A stretch of DNA of 64,000 bases, from IMG/VR virus record IMGVR_UViG_3300032327_000792. One strand, given 5' to 3'. This document shows positions 26,513 through 41,900 of this stretch, one piece after another. The notes below the pieces were generated by a model. That model searched no databases. It was not told where the DNA came from and worked only from the letters and a program-made list of their open reading frames with translations. The position numbers were made by a program, and so were the translations under genes. The first letter of the stretch is position 1. Each line of letters begins with the position of its first letter. Source of the DNA: a virus (Duplodnaviria; Caudoviricetes).

Positions 26513-29500
26513 ATGGCAAAGACTACTAGACAGACAGCAATATTTGGCGTTGAAGATTGGAAAAGAATCTATCAAACCTATCGTGAAGCAGACTTCCAAA
26601 GCTACGATTTTGAAACTCTACGCAAGAGTTTTGTAGACTACTTACGTCTTTACTACCCCGAAACATTCAATGACTACATTGAATCATCAGAATTTATTGC
26701 CATGCTTGACGTTATGGCTTTTATGGGCCAAAGTTTGGCCTTCCGTACAGATTTAAACACACGTGAAAACTACATTGACACAGCTGAACGTAGAGATTCG
26801 GTAGTACGTCTTGCCAATCTAGTAAGCTATACTCCAAAGCGCAATATTTGCTCATCAGGATACTTAAAAATATTCAGTGTACAAACCACAGAAAATGTCA
26901 CAGATTTCAACGGTATTGATTTGGCCAATGTAACCATAAACTGGGCAGATCCTACAAATTTTAATTGGCAAGAACAGTTCACTGCAATTATCAATGCTAG
27001 TTTGGTTGATAGTCAACGTATTGGTCGTCCTGGCAATCGTACTACTATTTTAGGAGTAGATACCAACGAGTACAGTATCAATCTTGTTCCTGGATTCCTA
27101 CCAGTAATACCTTATAACTCTACCATTGATGGTATCAACATGCCATTCGAAGCTGTAAATGCCAGCACCATTGGTCGAGACTATGTGTACGAACCAAGTC
27201 CACGACCCAACGGCATATTCAACATGCTGTTCCGCAACGATCAGTTGGGATTTAACTCGGCCAACACAGGTTACTTCTTTTTGTTCAAGCAAGGGGTGTT
27301 GCAAAATCAAGATTTTAATTTGGCTGACCGTGTGAGTAACCGAGCAGTGAACATCAATATTGAAGGCGTCAATAACGATGACCGTTGGTTGTATCAACTT
27401 GATAATGTGGGCTCAATTGCCAGCGAGTGGAATTTTGTTGAAAGTGTATACGGCGCGGCCGCTGAGCAGACTGCTCCAAATTTACGCAAACTTTTTTCTG
27501 TGTCATCTCGCACCAACGATCAAATTACATTGAACTTTGGCGATGGTGTGTTTTCTGAAATTCCAGTGGGACAGTTTCGTGCATATGTGCGTGCATCCAA
27601 CGGGTTGGAATACATTATCAACCCAGAAGAAATGCAATCAGTGGTATTGCCAATTAGCTATGTAAGTCGAACAGGACAACTCGAAACAATTACATTTACC
27701 TGTGGAATTTCTACACCTGTGTCAAACGCCACGGCGCGAGAAAGCATTGACGAAATCAAACAACGTGCTCCTGCCAGATATTACACACAAAATCGTATGG
27801 TCAACGGGGAAGATTACAATAACTTCCCCTTCACAGCCTACAATTCAATTTTAAAATCCAAAGCATTGAATCGTGCCTCAATTGGCACCAGTCGTTACCT
27901 TGAATTGGTTGACAACACTGGCAAGTACGCCAGCACAAATGTGTTTGGCAGTGACGGTGCGCTGTATGAATCTTTTAACTTGCCTAGTTTTCAGTTTAGC
28001 TTCTTGACCAACAATGAAATTTCCAGTGTAATTACCAACCGGGTTCAACCCTTGCTGACACAAAGTCAAAGCATACAATTTTATTATTCTAAATTTCCTC
28101 GTCCTTCATTGATACCGTTGAATGTGGGATGGAATCTAAGTACCAGTTTGGCCAATTCAACCACAGGTTACTTTACCAATGCTACCGATGCCGCAGTACC
28201 AATTGGTCCATACACCAGCGATAACAAAAAGTATATTGTGATTGGAAGTTTAGTCAAATTTGTTCCACCTGCCGGATATTATTTTGATTCCAACAATAGA
28301 CTTAAAGCAGGCACTCCTACCCGAGCTGACGAGAAGTTGGTTCTATGGGCAAGCCCAATTGCAGTGGTATTAGATGGTACCAACAACGGACTAGGCAATT
28401 TACCCGATGGGTCTGGACCAGTGGCATTAAACAACTACATACCAACAGGTGCTGTGGCCACAGAAGTAATTCCAATTTTTGTTACAGATTTACCAACCAC
28501 ATTTGAGCAGAGTATGGCTGAACAGATTCGATTGAATCGTGACTTTGGTATAGGTTATGACAGTATTGGGAGTATTACAGGCACTGCTGGAACATGGTAC
28601 TTGATTACCAGTACTAACTTGGCAATCAATGCATCATGGAGTCAGACTTTTGCAGGCAGTACAGCCGGTACAAATCTTGATGCTAGCTGGTTTGTGCAAT
28701 TTGTCACTGATGGTAGCACATACACAGTGAGTTCTCGAGCCCTGGATTATTATTTTGGTAGTGTGTTACAAACTAGATTCTTCTACTACGGGGATCAACT
28801 GATCTACGACAGTCGTACAGGCACTGTGATCAGCGACTTCGTCAATGTGTTAAAAACAAATTCAAGACCAGATTCAGCATTACCGCTGTCTGGTGACACA
28901 CGCCTTAAAATTGTTGGTCAGCCAGTACAAAGCGATGGATTTGTAGACGACTTTCAAGTGTTGGTATCGTTTAGCGATGCTGACAGCGACGGTATTCCTG
29001 ACAATCCAGATTTCTTTGATGAAATTGTGGCACCAACTGCAACTGTTACTTCTACATCGCCTTGGGTGTTTTTACAAAAAACCGTGGACTTTGACAATCT
29101 TGAAAGATATCTTTTGGTCGAACAAGGCATTGTAAATTCTGAATATGCAACACTAGATGATATTGAATTGGTCAAAACAGAATATGTTGACGGTCAAGTC
29201 TTTTATGCGTACTCCAGTGAAATATTCTATACCCTGGTTATTGACACAACTACTTTTGTAAGAACGTTGGTAGTAAACAATGAATTTATTGCTAGAACTG
29301 GCCGACAAGATCTGTATTTTCAATACAGACACAACAGTCCATTGACCAGTCGTATTGATCCTGGCACAACCAACATCATTGATCTCTATGTAGTGACCAA
29401 CGAGTACTATGTTGCTTATCAGAATTATATTCGAGACGTTACTGGAACAGTTCCAGAACCAACACCTCCGACCATTGATAGTTTAACAACAACCTATGGT

Positions 29501-29944
29501 GGCCTACAAGATTACAAAATGATTTCTGACAGTGTAATTTTAAATTCGGTTGAGTTCAAACCTTTGTTTGGAGAAAAGGCCACAGAAGAATTGCGAGCAA
29601 CAATCAAAGTAATCAAAGCAGCAAACAGCACTGCCAGCGTGAGTGAAATCAAAAATCTCATAGTGCAAAACTTAAACAATTACTTTACACTGGACAAATG
29701 GGATTTTGGCGACACGTTCTACTTCTCAGAATTAGCAGCTTATCTCCATGCCGAAATGAGAGGCATAATTAGTAGTGTGGTCCTAGTTCCTTTGAACCCC
29801 CAAAAGAGTTTTGGCGACCTATATGAAATTAGGTCAACACCAAGTCAGATATTTGTAAATGCCGCCAATGTCAACAACATTGAGGTTATTGAAGCCTTGA
29901 CCAGCACCAACATTAGGACAGCACCAGGAAGTGGAGTAATTTAA
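26513..29944 (+). CDS. gp6: baseplate wedge protein gp6-like
   Basis: DFQSYDFETLR, ENYIDTAERRDSV.RLA..VSY.PKR, LNFGDG.F..IP, ESIDEIK..AP..Y.TQNRMV..EDY, WDFGDTFYFSEL. Confidence 0.88.
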   Translation: MAKTTRQTAIFGVEDWKRIYQTYREADFQSYDFETLRKSFVDYLRLYYPETFNDYIESSEFIAMLDVMAFMGQSLAFRTDLNTRENYIDTAERRDSVVRLANLVSYTPKRNICSSGYLKIFSVQTTENVTDFNGIDLANVTINWADPTNFNWQEQFTAIINASLVDSQRIGRPGNRTTILGVDTNEYSINLVPGFLPVIPYNSTIDGINMPFEAVNASTIGRDYVYEPSPRPNGIFNMLFRNDQLGFNSANTGYFFLFKQGVLQNQDFNLADRVSNRAVNINIEGVNNDDRWLYQLDNVGSIASEWNFVESVYGAAAEQTAPNLRKLFSVSSRTNDQITLNFGDGVFSEIPVGQFRAYVRASNGLEYIINPEEMQSVVLPISYVSRTGQLETITFTCGISTPVSNATARESIDEIKQRAPARYYTQNRMVNGEDYNNFPFTAYNSILKSKALNRASIGTSRYLELVDNTGKYASTNVFGSDGALYESFNLPSFQFSFLTNNEISSVITNRVQPLLTQSQSIQFYYSKFPRPSLIPLNVGWNLSTSLANSTTGYFTNATDAAVPIGPYTSDNKKYIVIGSLVKFVPPAGYYFDSNNRLKAGTPTRADEKLVLWASPIAVVLDGTNNGLGNLPDGSGPVALNNYIPTGAVATEVIPIFVTDLPTTFEQSMAEQIRLNRDFGIGYDSIGSITGTAGTWYLITSTNLAINASWSQTFAGSTAGTNLDASWFVQFVTDGSTYTVSSRALDYYFGSVLQTRFFYYGDQLIYDSRTGTVISDFVNVLKTNSRPDSALPLSGDTRLKIVGQPVQSDGFVDDFQVLVSFSDADSDGIPDNPDFFDEIVAPTATVTSTSPWVFLQKTVDFDNLERYLLVEQGIVNSEYATLDDIELVKTEYVDGQVFYAYSSEIFYTLVIDTTTFVRTLVVNNEFIARTGRQDLYFQYRHNSPLTSRIDPGTTNIIDLYVVTNEYYVAYQNYIRDVTGTVPEPTPPTIDSLTTTYGGLQDYKMISDSVILNSVEFKPLFGEKATEELRATIKVIKAANSTASVSEIKNLIVQNLNNYFTLDKWDFGDTFYFSELAAYLHAEMRGIISSVVLVPLNPQKSFGDLYEIRSTPSQIFVNAANVNNIEVIEALTSTNIRTAPGSGVI

Positions 29945-29945
29945 T

Positions 29946-32900
29946 ATGGCAAGAGTTCGAACCGTAGATTTTTTACCAGAGATTTTTCAAACCTCTACCA
30001 ATCGACAGTTTCTTGGCGCCACACTTGATCAATTGGTACAAGAACCTAAGTTCAAAAGCATTCAGGGATTTGTGGGACGTAAAGTTGGCCCAGGTATAAA
30101 TTCTCAAGAAAACTATATCGCAGAACCAACAGCAGTTCGCGCCAACTATCAGCTAGAACCTGGTGTGGTTTTTTTAAGTGAAGATCGACAAACAGTTGAA
30201 GATGCCGTCACCTATCCTGGTATAACAGATGCTCTAACGGTTCAAGGTGCTATCACCAATAATGCAGATAGATTATACACCAGTGACTATTATACCTGGG
30301 ACCCATTTGTTGATTTTGACAAATTTGTAAACTTCAATCAATACTATTGGTTACCAGCTGGTCCTGATTCGGTTGACGTATTTGCTGAAGCTGTGGCAAC
30401 CACTGATGATTTTGATGTGACTCGCGCCAATGGTGTTTATACATTCAGTGGAGTGGCCGGAGAGAATCCTGTGTTAACTCTAGTACGCGGCGGCAACTAC
30501 ACATTTAATGTAGCACAGAATGCCAAGGAAACTGTTAATTTTCGTGTGACCAATCAAGGTACCAGTGCCTATGTAATTGATTATCAAAACAACCCAATAC
30601 TGACATTGACTCGTGGAAATACCTATGTGTTCAACATGATTCTCAATAGAGATTTGCCAATGTATATCAAAACTGAGCCAACATTGGGCACAACCAATCA
30701 ATACAACACTGGCGTCACAAACAACGGCATCAGCGAAGGACTTATAACTTTTGTAGTGCCACAAGATGCACCCAACACGTTGTATTATGTAAATCCTACA
30801 CAACCAAACATGCAGGGTCAAATCAACATTGTTGATGGAACCTCGGGCACTGGCCCAGGATTTTGGATACAAACCGTTCCTGGTATCAACGGTCGTATTC
30901 CTTCAACTCCAAACATCAGTTCAAGAAATGTACTGGGCGTTATCAACAATGGTGAAGACCTAGGTACAGTCTCTTTTAATGTACCATTGTCCACAGCACA
31001 AAATTTTTATTATACACTAGACACCATTGGTAGTATACCAGGCAAGTCACCCGGCACTGTTGATTTAATTGTGTCGGATCTCAAGTTCAATGAAATCAAC
31101 AATCAATACGTGGAGCCATTTTTGAAAAGAACCGGCGGTATTGACGGGTCAACCTCACTGAATGGCAAAACCATTGTTTTCTTAAATGAAATTACCGATG
31201 CACAAGATGGCGGCTGGCAAGTTACTACACAATTTGATCCTTTGCCTAATGCTGGCAACGTTGAAAGCGGTGCAGGATCATATGATACCACGCTGTTTGA
31301 TCAAACAACTGATGTACCAACGGCCCAACGTTATAGTGTTTGGCAGATACAATATGTAACCACCAACGACGGATCACAATATATCAAGTTAGTTGATGTA
31401 CTGTCAGTATCCAATCTGGAAAAATTCACAATCACCAACGGAACACAATATTCCAGCACTCAGTGGTACAAAGATGCTGAAGGATATTTTCAACAAATTC
31501 CTTTGTTGACTGCGGTACTTGATACACTGTACTATCAAGATGGCACAGATCCTGGTATCTTTGGTCGAATCAAGCTAATCAATCAAGATCAAGTTGATAC
31601 ACTAGATATCACGGATATTATTGACAAGCAGAACTACACTAGCCCCAATGGTGTGGTATTTACAAATGGGTTAAAAGTACAGTTCAATGGATCAGTAAAT
31701 CCCAGCAGTTATCAAAATCAGGAATATTATGTTGAAGGCGTGGGAACGGCAATTAAATTGTTGCCTGTTGCTAATTTTGTAACTCCAGAAACATACACAC
31801 AAAGTGCCACGGTTCCTTACGACAGTACCGGATATGACATAGGTAACTATGATGCCAGTTTGAATCAGCCGTTGATTCCGGATTACCTCACAATAAATCG
31901 TGCCAGCCAAGATCTCAATGCATGGACACGCAGCAATCGTTGGTTCCACATTGATGTGATTAATGCCACTGCTGAATACAACAACACCGTTGCAACATTG
32001 GACAATAACTTTCGTGCCAAACGCCCAGTGTTGGAATATCGGGCCGGCACAAGATTGTTTGACTTTGGCACCCAAGGCAAACAGCCAGTAGATATCATTG
32101 ACTTTGCAGCCACCGATGCTCTCAGTACAATCAATGGCACAACAGGATACAGCACAGATGGCTATACATTTATTACCGGCTCCAGAATTATTTTTGCCAA
32201 TGATTCAGATCCCCAGGTACGAAACAAAATTTATGTAGTGGAATTTATCATTCCTGATTCTGTGCCTCCGTTGATTGCTCAACCAATTATCAATTTAGTT
32301 CCGGCTAGCGATGCCACAGTGCTGGTTGATCAAACCGTGGTTTGTTTGAGCGGAATCAAACAACAAGGACTGAGTTTTTACTTTGATGGAGTGGAGTGGC
32401 TATCGGCACAAGAAAAAACTCAAACAAATCAGGCACCGTTGTTTGATGTCTATGACCTTGACGGGGTCAGTTTTAGCAATCGTGCAAAATATCCCAGTAC
32501 CAATTTTGTAGGCAACAAATTATTTTCCTATGCACAAGTATCAGGAGTCAACGACACAGTGTTAGGATTTCCTTTGCGCTATCTTAGTTTGGCCAATGTT
32601 GGCGATATTGTGTTTGAAAATAATTTATACAATGACACATTTACCTATACCAAAGACAGCGTAAGCTCTACTGAAAATATCAGTCAAGGACTGGTAAGAC
32701 AATACAGCAACAGAACTGTGTTTGCAAAAGAAATTGGGTGGCAAACAGCAATTGCCAAAAGTATAACAAGACAACAATTTAGATTTGTGTATGATGGTCA
32801 ACCATTGACCATGGACATAGCAGTCAACAATACTTCTCCATTGCCAGCATTGCAAGTATATGTGTCTGGAGAATTTATTGACCCAACCAACTACAGTTAT

Positions 32901-35900
32901 GCAGTCACAAGTAATTCCACTACACTGACAATCAATGCGGATATTGCCGTCGGTGAAGTTATTGAAGTTGACGCCATCAGTGATCAGACCAGTAAAGTGG
33001 CATTTTATGAAGTTCCTGTGAATCTTGAGAACAATCCACTGAATAAAAACAGTCCAACATTCACGTTGGGTACAGTTAGATCTCATTATGAGACCATTGG
33101 CCAAAATCTCAAAGACATTGTTGGCCCAATCAACGGAGCAAACAACACACGCGATTTGGGCGATATAAGTCGCTATGGCACAAATATTCTACAACAAAGC
33201 TCGCCAATGACATTGGCCGGGTATTTCATGCGCAGCGAACAATACAATATATTCAACGCATTGAATTTCAACAGCAGAGAATACGAGAAGTTCAAAGCTC
33301 AATTGTTGGATACCGCAGTTCGCAATGACTATACCAATTACACCATACCTGACATGCTGACAGCAGTGATCAGCGACATCACCACTGGTCGTACACAATT
33401 CAATCCATTCTACTGGAGTGATATGTTGCCGGCCAGTTCGGTGTTCTCACAAACCACAACAACGTACACTCCAATATCTACTCCGGTGTTTGATCTATCA
33501 ACCACTTATGATTTCTCAAGCTCTAACTATCAAAGTGTATTGGTGTATGTCAACAATGTGTTGTTGACAGTTGGATACGACTACACCGTAGCGACCGATG
33601 GTCCAAGACTCACTGTTACGTCGCCATTGGCAGTGGGGGACGTAATTGTCATTAGAGAATATGCCACTACCTACGGAAGTTTTGTTCCAAATACTCCAAC
33701 CAAGTTGGGATTGTATCCAGCATTCAAACCACAGATATACTTGGACACTACCTATGTCACACCAACGCTAGTCATACAAGGACACGACGGCAGCAAGACT
33801 GTGGCATTTGATGATTTCCGAGACAGTTTGTTGTTGGAGTTTGAAACCAGAATCTACAACAACTTAAAAATTAAGTCGGCTATTCCTTTGCCGGCCGTTG
33901 AAGTTATTCCGGGACAATTTAGAACCACGGACTATACGTTAGCCGAAGTAAATCAAATTTTATCAACTGATTTTTTGAGTTGGATTGGGTGGAACAAGCT
34001 AGATTATAAATCTCAAGATTATAATGCATCCAACGAATTTACATGGAACTACATTGCATCAGGCAACAAATTATCTGATACCACCGACATTAGAGAAGAA
34101 GCACCATTGCCAGCAGGTGCATGGCGTGGAATCTATAGGTACTTCTTTGACACTGATTATCCAGACACACGTCCGTGGGAGATGTTGGGATTTACAGAAG
34201 AACCCGCCTGGTGGCAAGACATCTACGGTGCAGCACCATATACCAGCGGTAACTTGGTTCTATGGGATGATTTGGAGCTAGGTCGTGTGGCCGACCCAGC
34301 TGGAGAATATATTCTTCCTCAATATGCTCGTCCAGGCTTGAGTCAGGTAATACCAACTGGCGACGAAGGACAATTGTTGAGCCCGTTTGACACAGTGGTT
34401 GGATTGTACGACTCATCACAGTTCCAAAAGTCATGGACGTTTGGTGATGGCGGCCCTGTAGAAGCCACATGGTTCAAGAGTTCCAGTTATCCATTTGCCG
34501 TCATGAGATTGTTGGCGCTGACTCGACCAGCAGAGTTTTTCTCATTGTTTGTTGATAGAGATCTATACAAATTTGATACTGAGCTAGATCAGTATCTATA
34601 CAACAATCGATATAGATTGGACGCCAACGGAGTTGAAGTCTACGGCAATGGTGTAAGCAAGGCCAGTTATATTGACTGGATTGTTGATTACAATCAGTTG
34701 TTGGGTCTTGATAGTACCACACGTTTGACAGCAGATTTAGCCAAGTTGGATGTACGTTTGTGTTATCGTCTAGGAAGTTTTACAGACAAACAATATCTCA
34801 AAATTTACACAGAGAAATCAAGTCCTAACAGTTTAAACTCCAGTTTGTTATTGCCCGACGAGAGTTACAATTTATTGTTGTACAAAAATCAACCATTTGA
34901 AAGAACAGTTTACAGCAGTGTCATTGTTCAAGCAGTTGACGGTGGATATGCAGTGTATGGCTACAGTATTACTGATCCATACTTTGAAATATTGGCCAGC
35001 CGCACTTCAGGAACAAAAATAACCATTGAAGCAGGTGGATCAATTGTACGAGTTCCAAACGAATACACAAAAGATGTTGTGCAGGTGCCCTATGGATACG
35101 TATTTGCAAATCAGACCGTTGTGGCCGACTTTTTGTTGAGCTATGGAGCATTGCTGGAAAGTCAAGGATTAATATTTGATAGTAGAGAAAACGGTCGTAC
35201 TTTGAACTGGAATCAAATGGCCCAAGAGTTTTTGTACTGGGCTAATCAAGGCTGGCAGACTGGCAGCGTTATCAATCTCAATCCCACAGCAACTTCATTG
35301 ACTGCATTCAAGGAGCAGGCCATTGTTGACAGTGTGATTGCACAAACACCAGAAAATCTTATTTTAGATCAAAATAGAACCACATTGCCAGTTAGAGATC
35401 TAGTGGTAGATCGTTTTGAGAACGTATTTAAAATTTCAAGTTTGAGCAACCAAACAATATCATACATTGATCTTAAGTATACCAGTTACGAAAGTATGGT
35501 AGTACTGGACAATGTCAGTATCTTCAATGATTTGATTTATGATCCGGCCACTGGTGCTCGTCAAGGTCGTGTTAATGTTTCTGCTGCTGTTAGCGCAGAC
35601 TGGACTGGTCAATTGGATGCACAAGGATTTATACTTAACAACCGTGCTAGCGTTAAAAATTGGGAACCAAATCGCAAGTATGCCAAGGGAGAAATTGTTC
35701 TCTATAAAACCAACTATTGGTCAGCACAGACAATTGTTCAACCCAGTGTAGAGTTCCAATACAGCAATTGGGTCAAGAGTGACTACACAAAGATTCAAAA
35801 CGGATTGTTGGAAAACATTCCCAACAAAGCCAATCAGTTGGCCAACAGTTATAACACTGTCACAGCAAACCTTGAAAGTGATCAAGACTTACTGAGCTAC

Positions 35901-38900
35901 GGATTAATTGGATTCCGTCCAAGACAATATATGACTGCCCTGAATCTTGATGATGTCAGTCAGGTCAATGTGTACCAGCAATTCCTCAAAGACAAAGGTA
36001 CCATCAGAAGTGTGCGTTTGTTGGGCAATGCAAATCTTCAAAAAGAAGTTGCTGAATATGATATATTTGAAAATTGGGCCATTCAACGTTCTGCATATGG
36101 AGCCAATGCCAATAGAAGTTTCTTTGAGTTGCAATTAAATGAAGCATTGTTGGAATCAGATCCAGCGTTGATTCAAGTGATTGAACCTCAACAAACTAGC
36201 CAAGCTGATCAAACAGTATTACTTGACAATATTTGGAGAGAAAGTTACAAACTTACTTCCGTCAACATATTGCCAACCACAACTACATCTGTACAAGATG
36301 CAGCATTGCCCACTGCCGGCTATGTAAACATTGATGATGTAGACGTTACAGTGTTCTCATTGCTGGGTGATTTAGGAATTTCTCCGGCTGTGTTAGACAC
36401 TGTGGGTGTGGGTACCACAATCTGGGCAGCCAAGAGCAACAGTTATGATTGGAATATCTACAGATGCTCAGGAGTTCCTGGAAGAATTTTAAATATTTCT
36501 TCAAATCTTGATACCACAAGCACAGTGACATTCAGTCAACCACACGGGCTGAGTGTTGACAGTATTATTATCATACGATATGTCAATGACCAAATCAACA
36601 ATGTGTATCGTGTGCTGGCAGTGCCAGGAGCAACAGAAATTGTAATTCAATTACCAGTTACTGTGCTGACTGGATTGTCAAACATTGCACTTCAGGGCAT
36701 TGCATATAATTTACAAACAATGCGTGTGACTCAGGCCAGCGATGTTATTGACTTGCCATATGTTGATTCTTTATTGCCCGGGGCAAGAGCTTGGGTTGAC
36801 AACAACGGTTCTGGACTTTGGGAAGTAATTGAAAAACAGGCACCGTTTACTGCTCACTTTGAAATGACCCCCAATGCGTTGGTTGCTAATACTCGCTATG
36901 GTGCCAGTATTGCACAAGGTATCAACAACATTATTGCGTTAGTTGGAGCACCAGCATACAGCTCAACTGGCGCTGTCTATCCGTATCTACGAGACAGCGA
37001 CAATCAATACGCCCAAAGTTCCTTGTTGCTTTTAGGTGCTACAGCCACAGCTGGCTATGGTAACGCAGTTGATATTGGCAACCAAGAGTGGTGTGTTATT
37101 GGAGCCAGCGAATCAAACAGTCAAACAGGTTACGCTGGAGTTGTTTATCGCGGTGCAACTACCAATGCCTTTGAACAACGACAATTGCTTGTTGCACCAT
37201 TTGGCGACTACAATGATGTATCTGAATTTGGTTATTCGGTAACAATCAGCCGCGATGAGCGGTGGATGTATATTGGTGCGCCAGCCGAGAACAAAGTATA
37301 TGCATTTGGCAGAGTTGACACTGAAGACCAATCAGTAAAATACATTACGGACGGAATTTCTTTTTTGTATAATTACAGTGATTCAATTGTAATTGATAAC
37401 AATTTACAACTCAATGTGATTTTAAACAATCAACTATTAACATTAGGAGTCGACTACACTGTATCAGGAACTAATATTGCATTGGATAACACTCCACTTG
37501 CTGGACAAATACTTTTAATTATTCGTAAAACAGCGCAAAGCTATACTGGCAATGGAAGTACCACTAATTTTAATTTAGAAAATTACTTGTACACTGTGGA
37601 TAACAATGATTATTTTTCATTCTCTGTAACTGTCAATGGCGCTCTACAACGTCCTTACATTGATTATACATGGGCCAGCGGAAGCATTACATTTATAACC
37701 GCGCCTATAAACCAAGCCGCTATTGTTGCAAATGCAAAAACTTATTTCTCACCAGTGGAAACCATCACTGTTGCTGGTCTAGCATCAGATGCAAGATTTG
37801 GACAAAGTGTTGCCACAACCACAGACGGTCGTCAAATTGTCATCGGTTGTCCCAACGATACTGTAGATACCATCAGCGATGCCGGCAGTGTTTACACCGT
37901 TGATCGTAGTGTGACTCGTGTGATTGTTTCTGATTCGGATATCACAACCTATACATTGCCATCAGGATTCCAGGCTCCGGTCAGTGTGTTGTTAAACAAC
38001 ACATTCTTGACCAATGCCGATCAATTTATCAATGGACAATTCACAGTGGTTGGGTCCAACGTAGTGTTGGAAAGCAATGTTGAGTTGAATGTTGGAGATA
38101 TTTTGGAATTTGAAAGCAACATATTCAACTCAATACAGAACTTCTCTGCTGATGCTCCTTTCCAGGCCTCAAACTTTGGTCAAACTGTAGACGTGTGTCC
38201 CAACAATTGCAGCGTGTACATCGGTGCCCCTCAGGATGGCACAGTATTACCAGAAGCAGGCAGCGTTGATCGTAGAGTCAATCAAGCAAGAATTTATGGA
38301 GTAATAACATCTCCATCTATGTCTGCGTATCCAACATTAGTTCCTGGGCAAACCATACGTATACAAAATACGCCTGTGACAGTGTCAACTCCTGACTCGT
38401 GGAACATAAATCTTGCCTGGAACAAAGATGATTTGGTAATCAACGGAGCAACAATTTACAAAGCACTTAGAGCAGTGCCAATAGGAACAAACATTTTGGA
38501 TGCCAGTTATTGGTTATCTGCAAGTTGGACAGATGTGTTGGCCAATGACATAGTATCAGCTGCGATTCCAAACATCACAGCATCTTCTACCAATGGACTG
38601 TTGACTATTAGTGTTGTCAACATTGAAGCTGCAGACGAACTCAATCGATTAACAGTGTTGCCAGGCACATCCGGCACAGCATTTGCCAATCTCGGATTTG
38701 ACGTTTATGCATACACGCAAACCATTACAAGTCCTAATCCAGTGCCTAGTGCTGCTTTTGGCAGTTCTGTGTTTATTGACAGCGAAGCAGACAATTTGGT
38801 CGTCGGAGCCCCAGGCGGCAATTTGTATGAGCCTGTGACATTTGATGGCGGTTCAACTTACTTTGACGACAACAGCACTCTGTTTAGTTCTACCATAATA

Positions 38901-41900
38901 CAGAGCGGTGTGGTGTACACATTTGATTATTTGCCTAGCTCAACTGATTCAGTGTCTAATCCGGGTCAATTTGTGTTTGGACAACAGGTATATGATAACA
39001 GTGTGTCGGCTCTGGATCAATGGGGCACAGCAGTAAACTATACTACTGGTAGATTATTAATTGGTAGCCCGGGCAGCGATCTTGGTGACAGTACATTGAG
39101 TGAGTTGAATTATGGACGAGTAGGAGTGTTCAACAACATTGATCGTAAACGTGCTTGGACAGTGATTCATCAACAACAACCAGTGGTTGACGTTTATTTG
39201 TTGAACTCTGTTTATATGTACAACAAACTACAGTCAAGTCAAACTCAGTTTTTTGATTTTATTGATCCATTGCAGGGAAAGATATTGGGCGCTGCTCGTC
39301 AAAACATCAACTACATCAGTGTAGCTGATCCTGCCAAGTATAATGTTGGTACAATTAACAACAATGGCAATTTCTGGGCCGAAAGTCACGTGGGTGAAAT
39401 TTGGTGGAACATTGACCGTGCAAGATTTATCGATCCCAATCAAGATGATATTGTGTATGCAAGCCGACGGTGGAATCAGTTATTCCCAGGATCAAGTATA
39501 GATATCTATCAGTGGATTGAAAGTTCAGTACCTCCGGCGACATACACCGGACCAGGAACACCGTTAGACACAACTAGTTATGTAGTAACCAGCAGATTAA
39601 CTCCACAAGGCACGTTTGGCACACAATACTATTTCTGGGTCACAGGAATCAATACCATCAATACTAGTGCTGGAAAAACATTGAGTACCACCGGAATTGC
39701 TCGTTATATTGAAAGCCCAAGAAGCAGCGGAATTCCGTACATTGCTGCAATAAATGCCAGTACTGTGGCAATTTACAACGGGCTTGAGTTTATCTCAGCT
39801 CAAGATACAATATTGCACGTTGAGTACGATCGCGAATTCACTGAGAATAATATTCACACAGAGTTTGAGTTGATTGCTCAAGATCGTCCCGACAGCTTTT
39901 TGAGTGATGGATTGTATCGTAAACTTCAAGACAGTTTTTGCGGAGTCAATACCACAGGAGCTCGGGTTCCGGATGCTACATTGAGTCCTCCAGAGCAATA
40001 TGGTGTTCAGTTCCGTCCACGTCAAAGCATGTTTGTAGACCGCTTCTCTGCACTTGAAAACTATCTTGTGCGTGCCAACGCAACGTTAAAAAATTACCCA
40101 ATAGTAGAAACAAGAAAATTCACACTGTTGAACAGTCAAGAGCCAGAACCAACAGTGGCCTCTGGTGAATGGAACATGCGTCTGGCTAATATTGAACAAC
40201 TTGGCTATCAGGATCTTCAAGAAGTTCCATTAGGTTACAAATATCTAATTGTCAGCGACAGTACCAACAACGGCTTGTGGACAATCTACACAGTGATTGC
40301 CGGTTCTACATTGTTAGGTAGCCCAAACGTTACACAACTCAGTCGTGTCCAAACGTACGATACACGCAAGTACTGGTATTATATTGACTGGTATCAACCT
40401 GGCTACAATTCTGGTATAATTCCAGTGGCAGAAGTTCTTAATTATGCATCATTGGCAACTGTGACAGTATCTGTGGGTGCCAGTGTGAAAGTTACAGCAA
40501 ACGCTCAAGGCAAATTTGAAATATATTTACGCACAGACATAGGATGGGATCGTGTTGGATTACAAGACGGAACCATTCAATTCCGTGAAGAACTCTGGAA
40601 TTATGCTGTGGGTCTCTTTGGTTTTGATGTTGAAGTATTTGATGCTCAGTATTTTGATTCTGAACCAGTGACCGAAACACGTAAGATTATTCAAGCAATC
40701 AACGAAGAATTGTTCATTGATGAACTAGCTATTGAACGTAACAGATTGTTGATCTTGATGTTTAATTTTATATTGAGTGAGCAACAAGCACCGGAGTGGT
40801 TAATAAAAACCAGTTTGATCGACGTTGAACACAGAATTCGTGAGCTGATTCCTTTCCAGATATACAGACAAGACAATCAAGAGTTTGTGCTAGATTATCT
40901 TCAGGAAGTTAAACCTTATCATGTACAGGTGCGAGAGTTTAATTTAGCATATAATGGTCAAGATATCTACTCTGGCATGATGACTGACTTTGATTGTCCG
41001 GCGTACTACAACATCAATCTGTTGATACCTCAGTATATAAGTCCAATATTGTTACCATACACACAGAGTACAGCCATAGGAACTGGAACACCAAATGCCA
41101 ACAGCGATACTGCGGCAGATGCGCAAATATGGACAGAGAATCCATGGAGTGAATGGTACAACAATTATCTATTGAGTGTACAAGATACAACCGTGGTCGA
41201 TGGCGGCGCAGGTTACACTGTAGAACCACAGGTAATAGTGACTGGCACAGCTATCACTCCGGCTGAAATGACAGCAATAATCAACACTGCTGGTGAAGTT
41301 ATAGGCATCAACATTGTTAATCCGGGTGTGGGATATTCAACTGACGCAGTGATAACCTTTGTTGGTGGCAATGGTGTTGGAGCAAGAGCTGTGGCCGTGA
41401 TGGGCAACGAGTTGGTTAGATCTATCAAAACCACAATCAAATACGATAGATATCAGTACACAAGTACCATTGTTGATTGGGAAGCCAACGTAAACTATGA
41501 CAACGGTACACAGGTTAGATACAACAATGAGGTATGGCAAGCAGACAGCGGTGACAGCTCTGGAGTACAGAGTGCAACCTTTGATCCAGAAAATTGGTTG
41601 TTGGTCAACCCAGGAACACTTAGCGGAGTTGATCGTACACAAGGCTACTACACTCCTGGACCCAATGAAATTGGACTAGATCTTCCATTGCTAATTGATG
41701 GGTTGGACTATCCGGGAGTGCAGGTATTTGGGCCATTGTTTAGTCAGAACACAGGATACGATGTGGGCAACTTTGACATCAATCCGTTTGACAATATTAG
41801 TTTTGGTCCAGAAGGACGACCAACATATGATCCTGCTATCTTGGATGCCATCTATGAAAGTCCGTATCTTGATCCTTTCCTTGGCACAAGAGCCACAGAT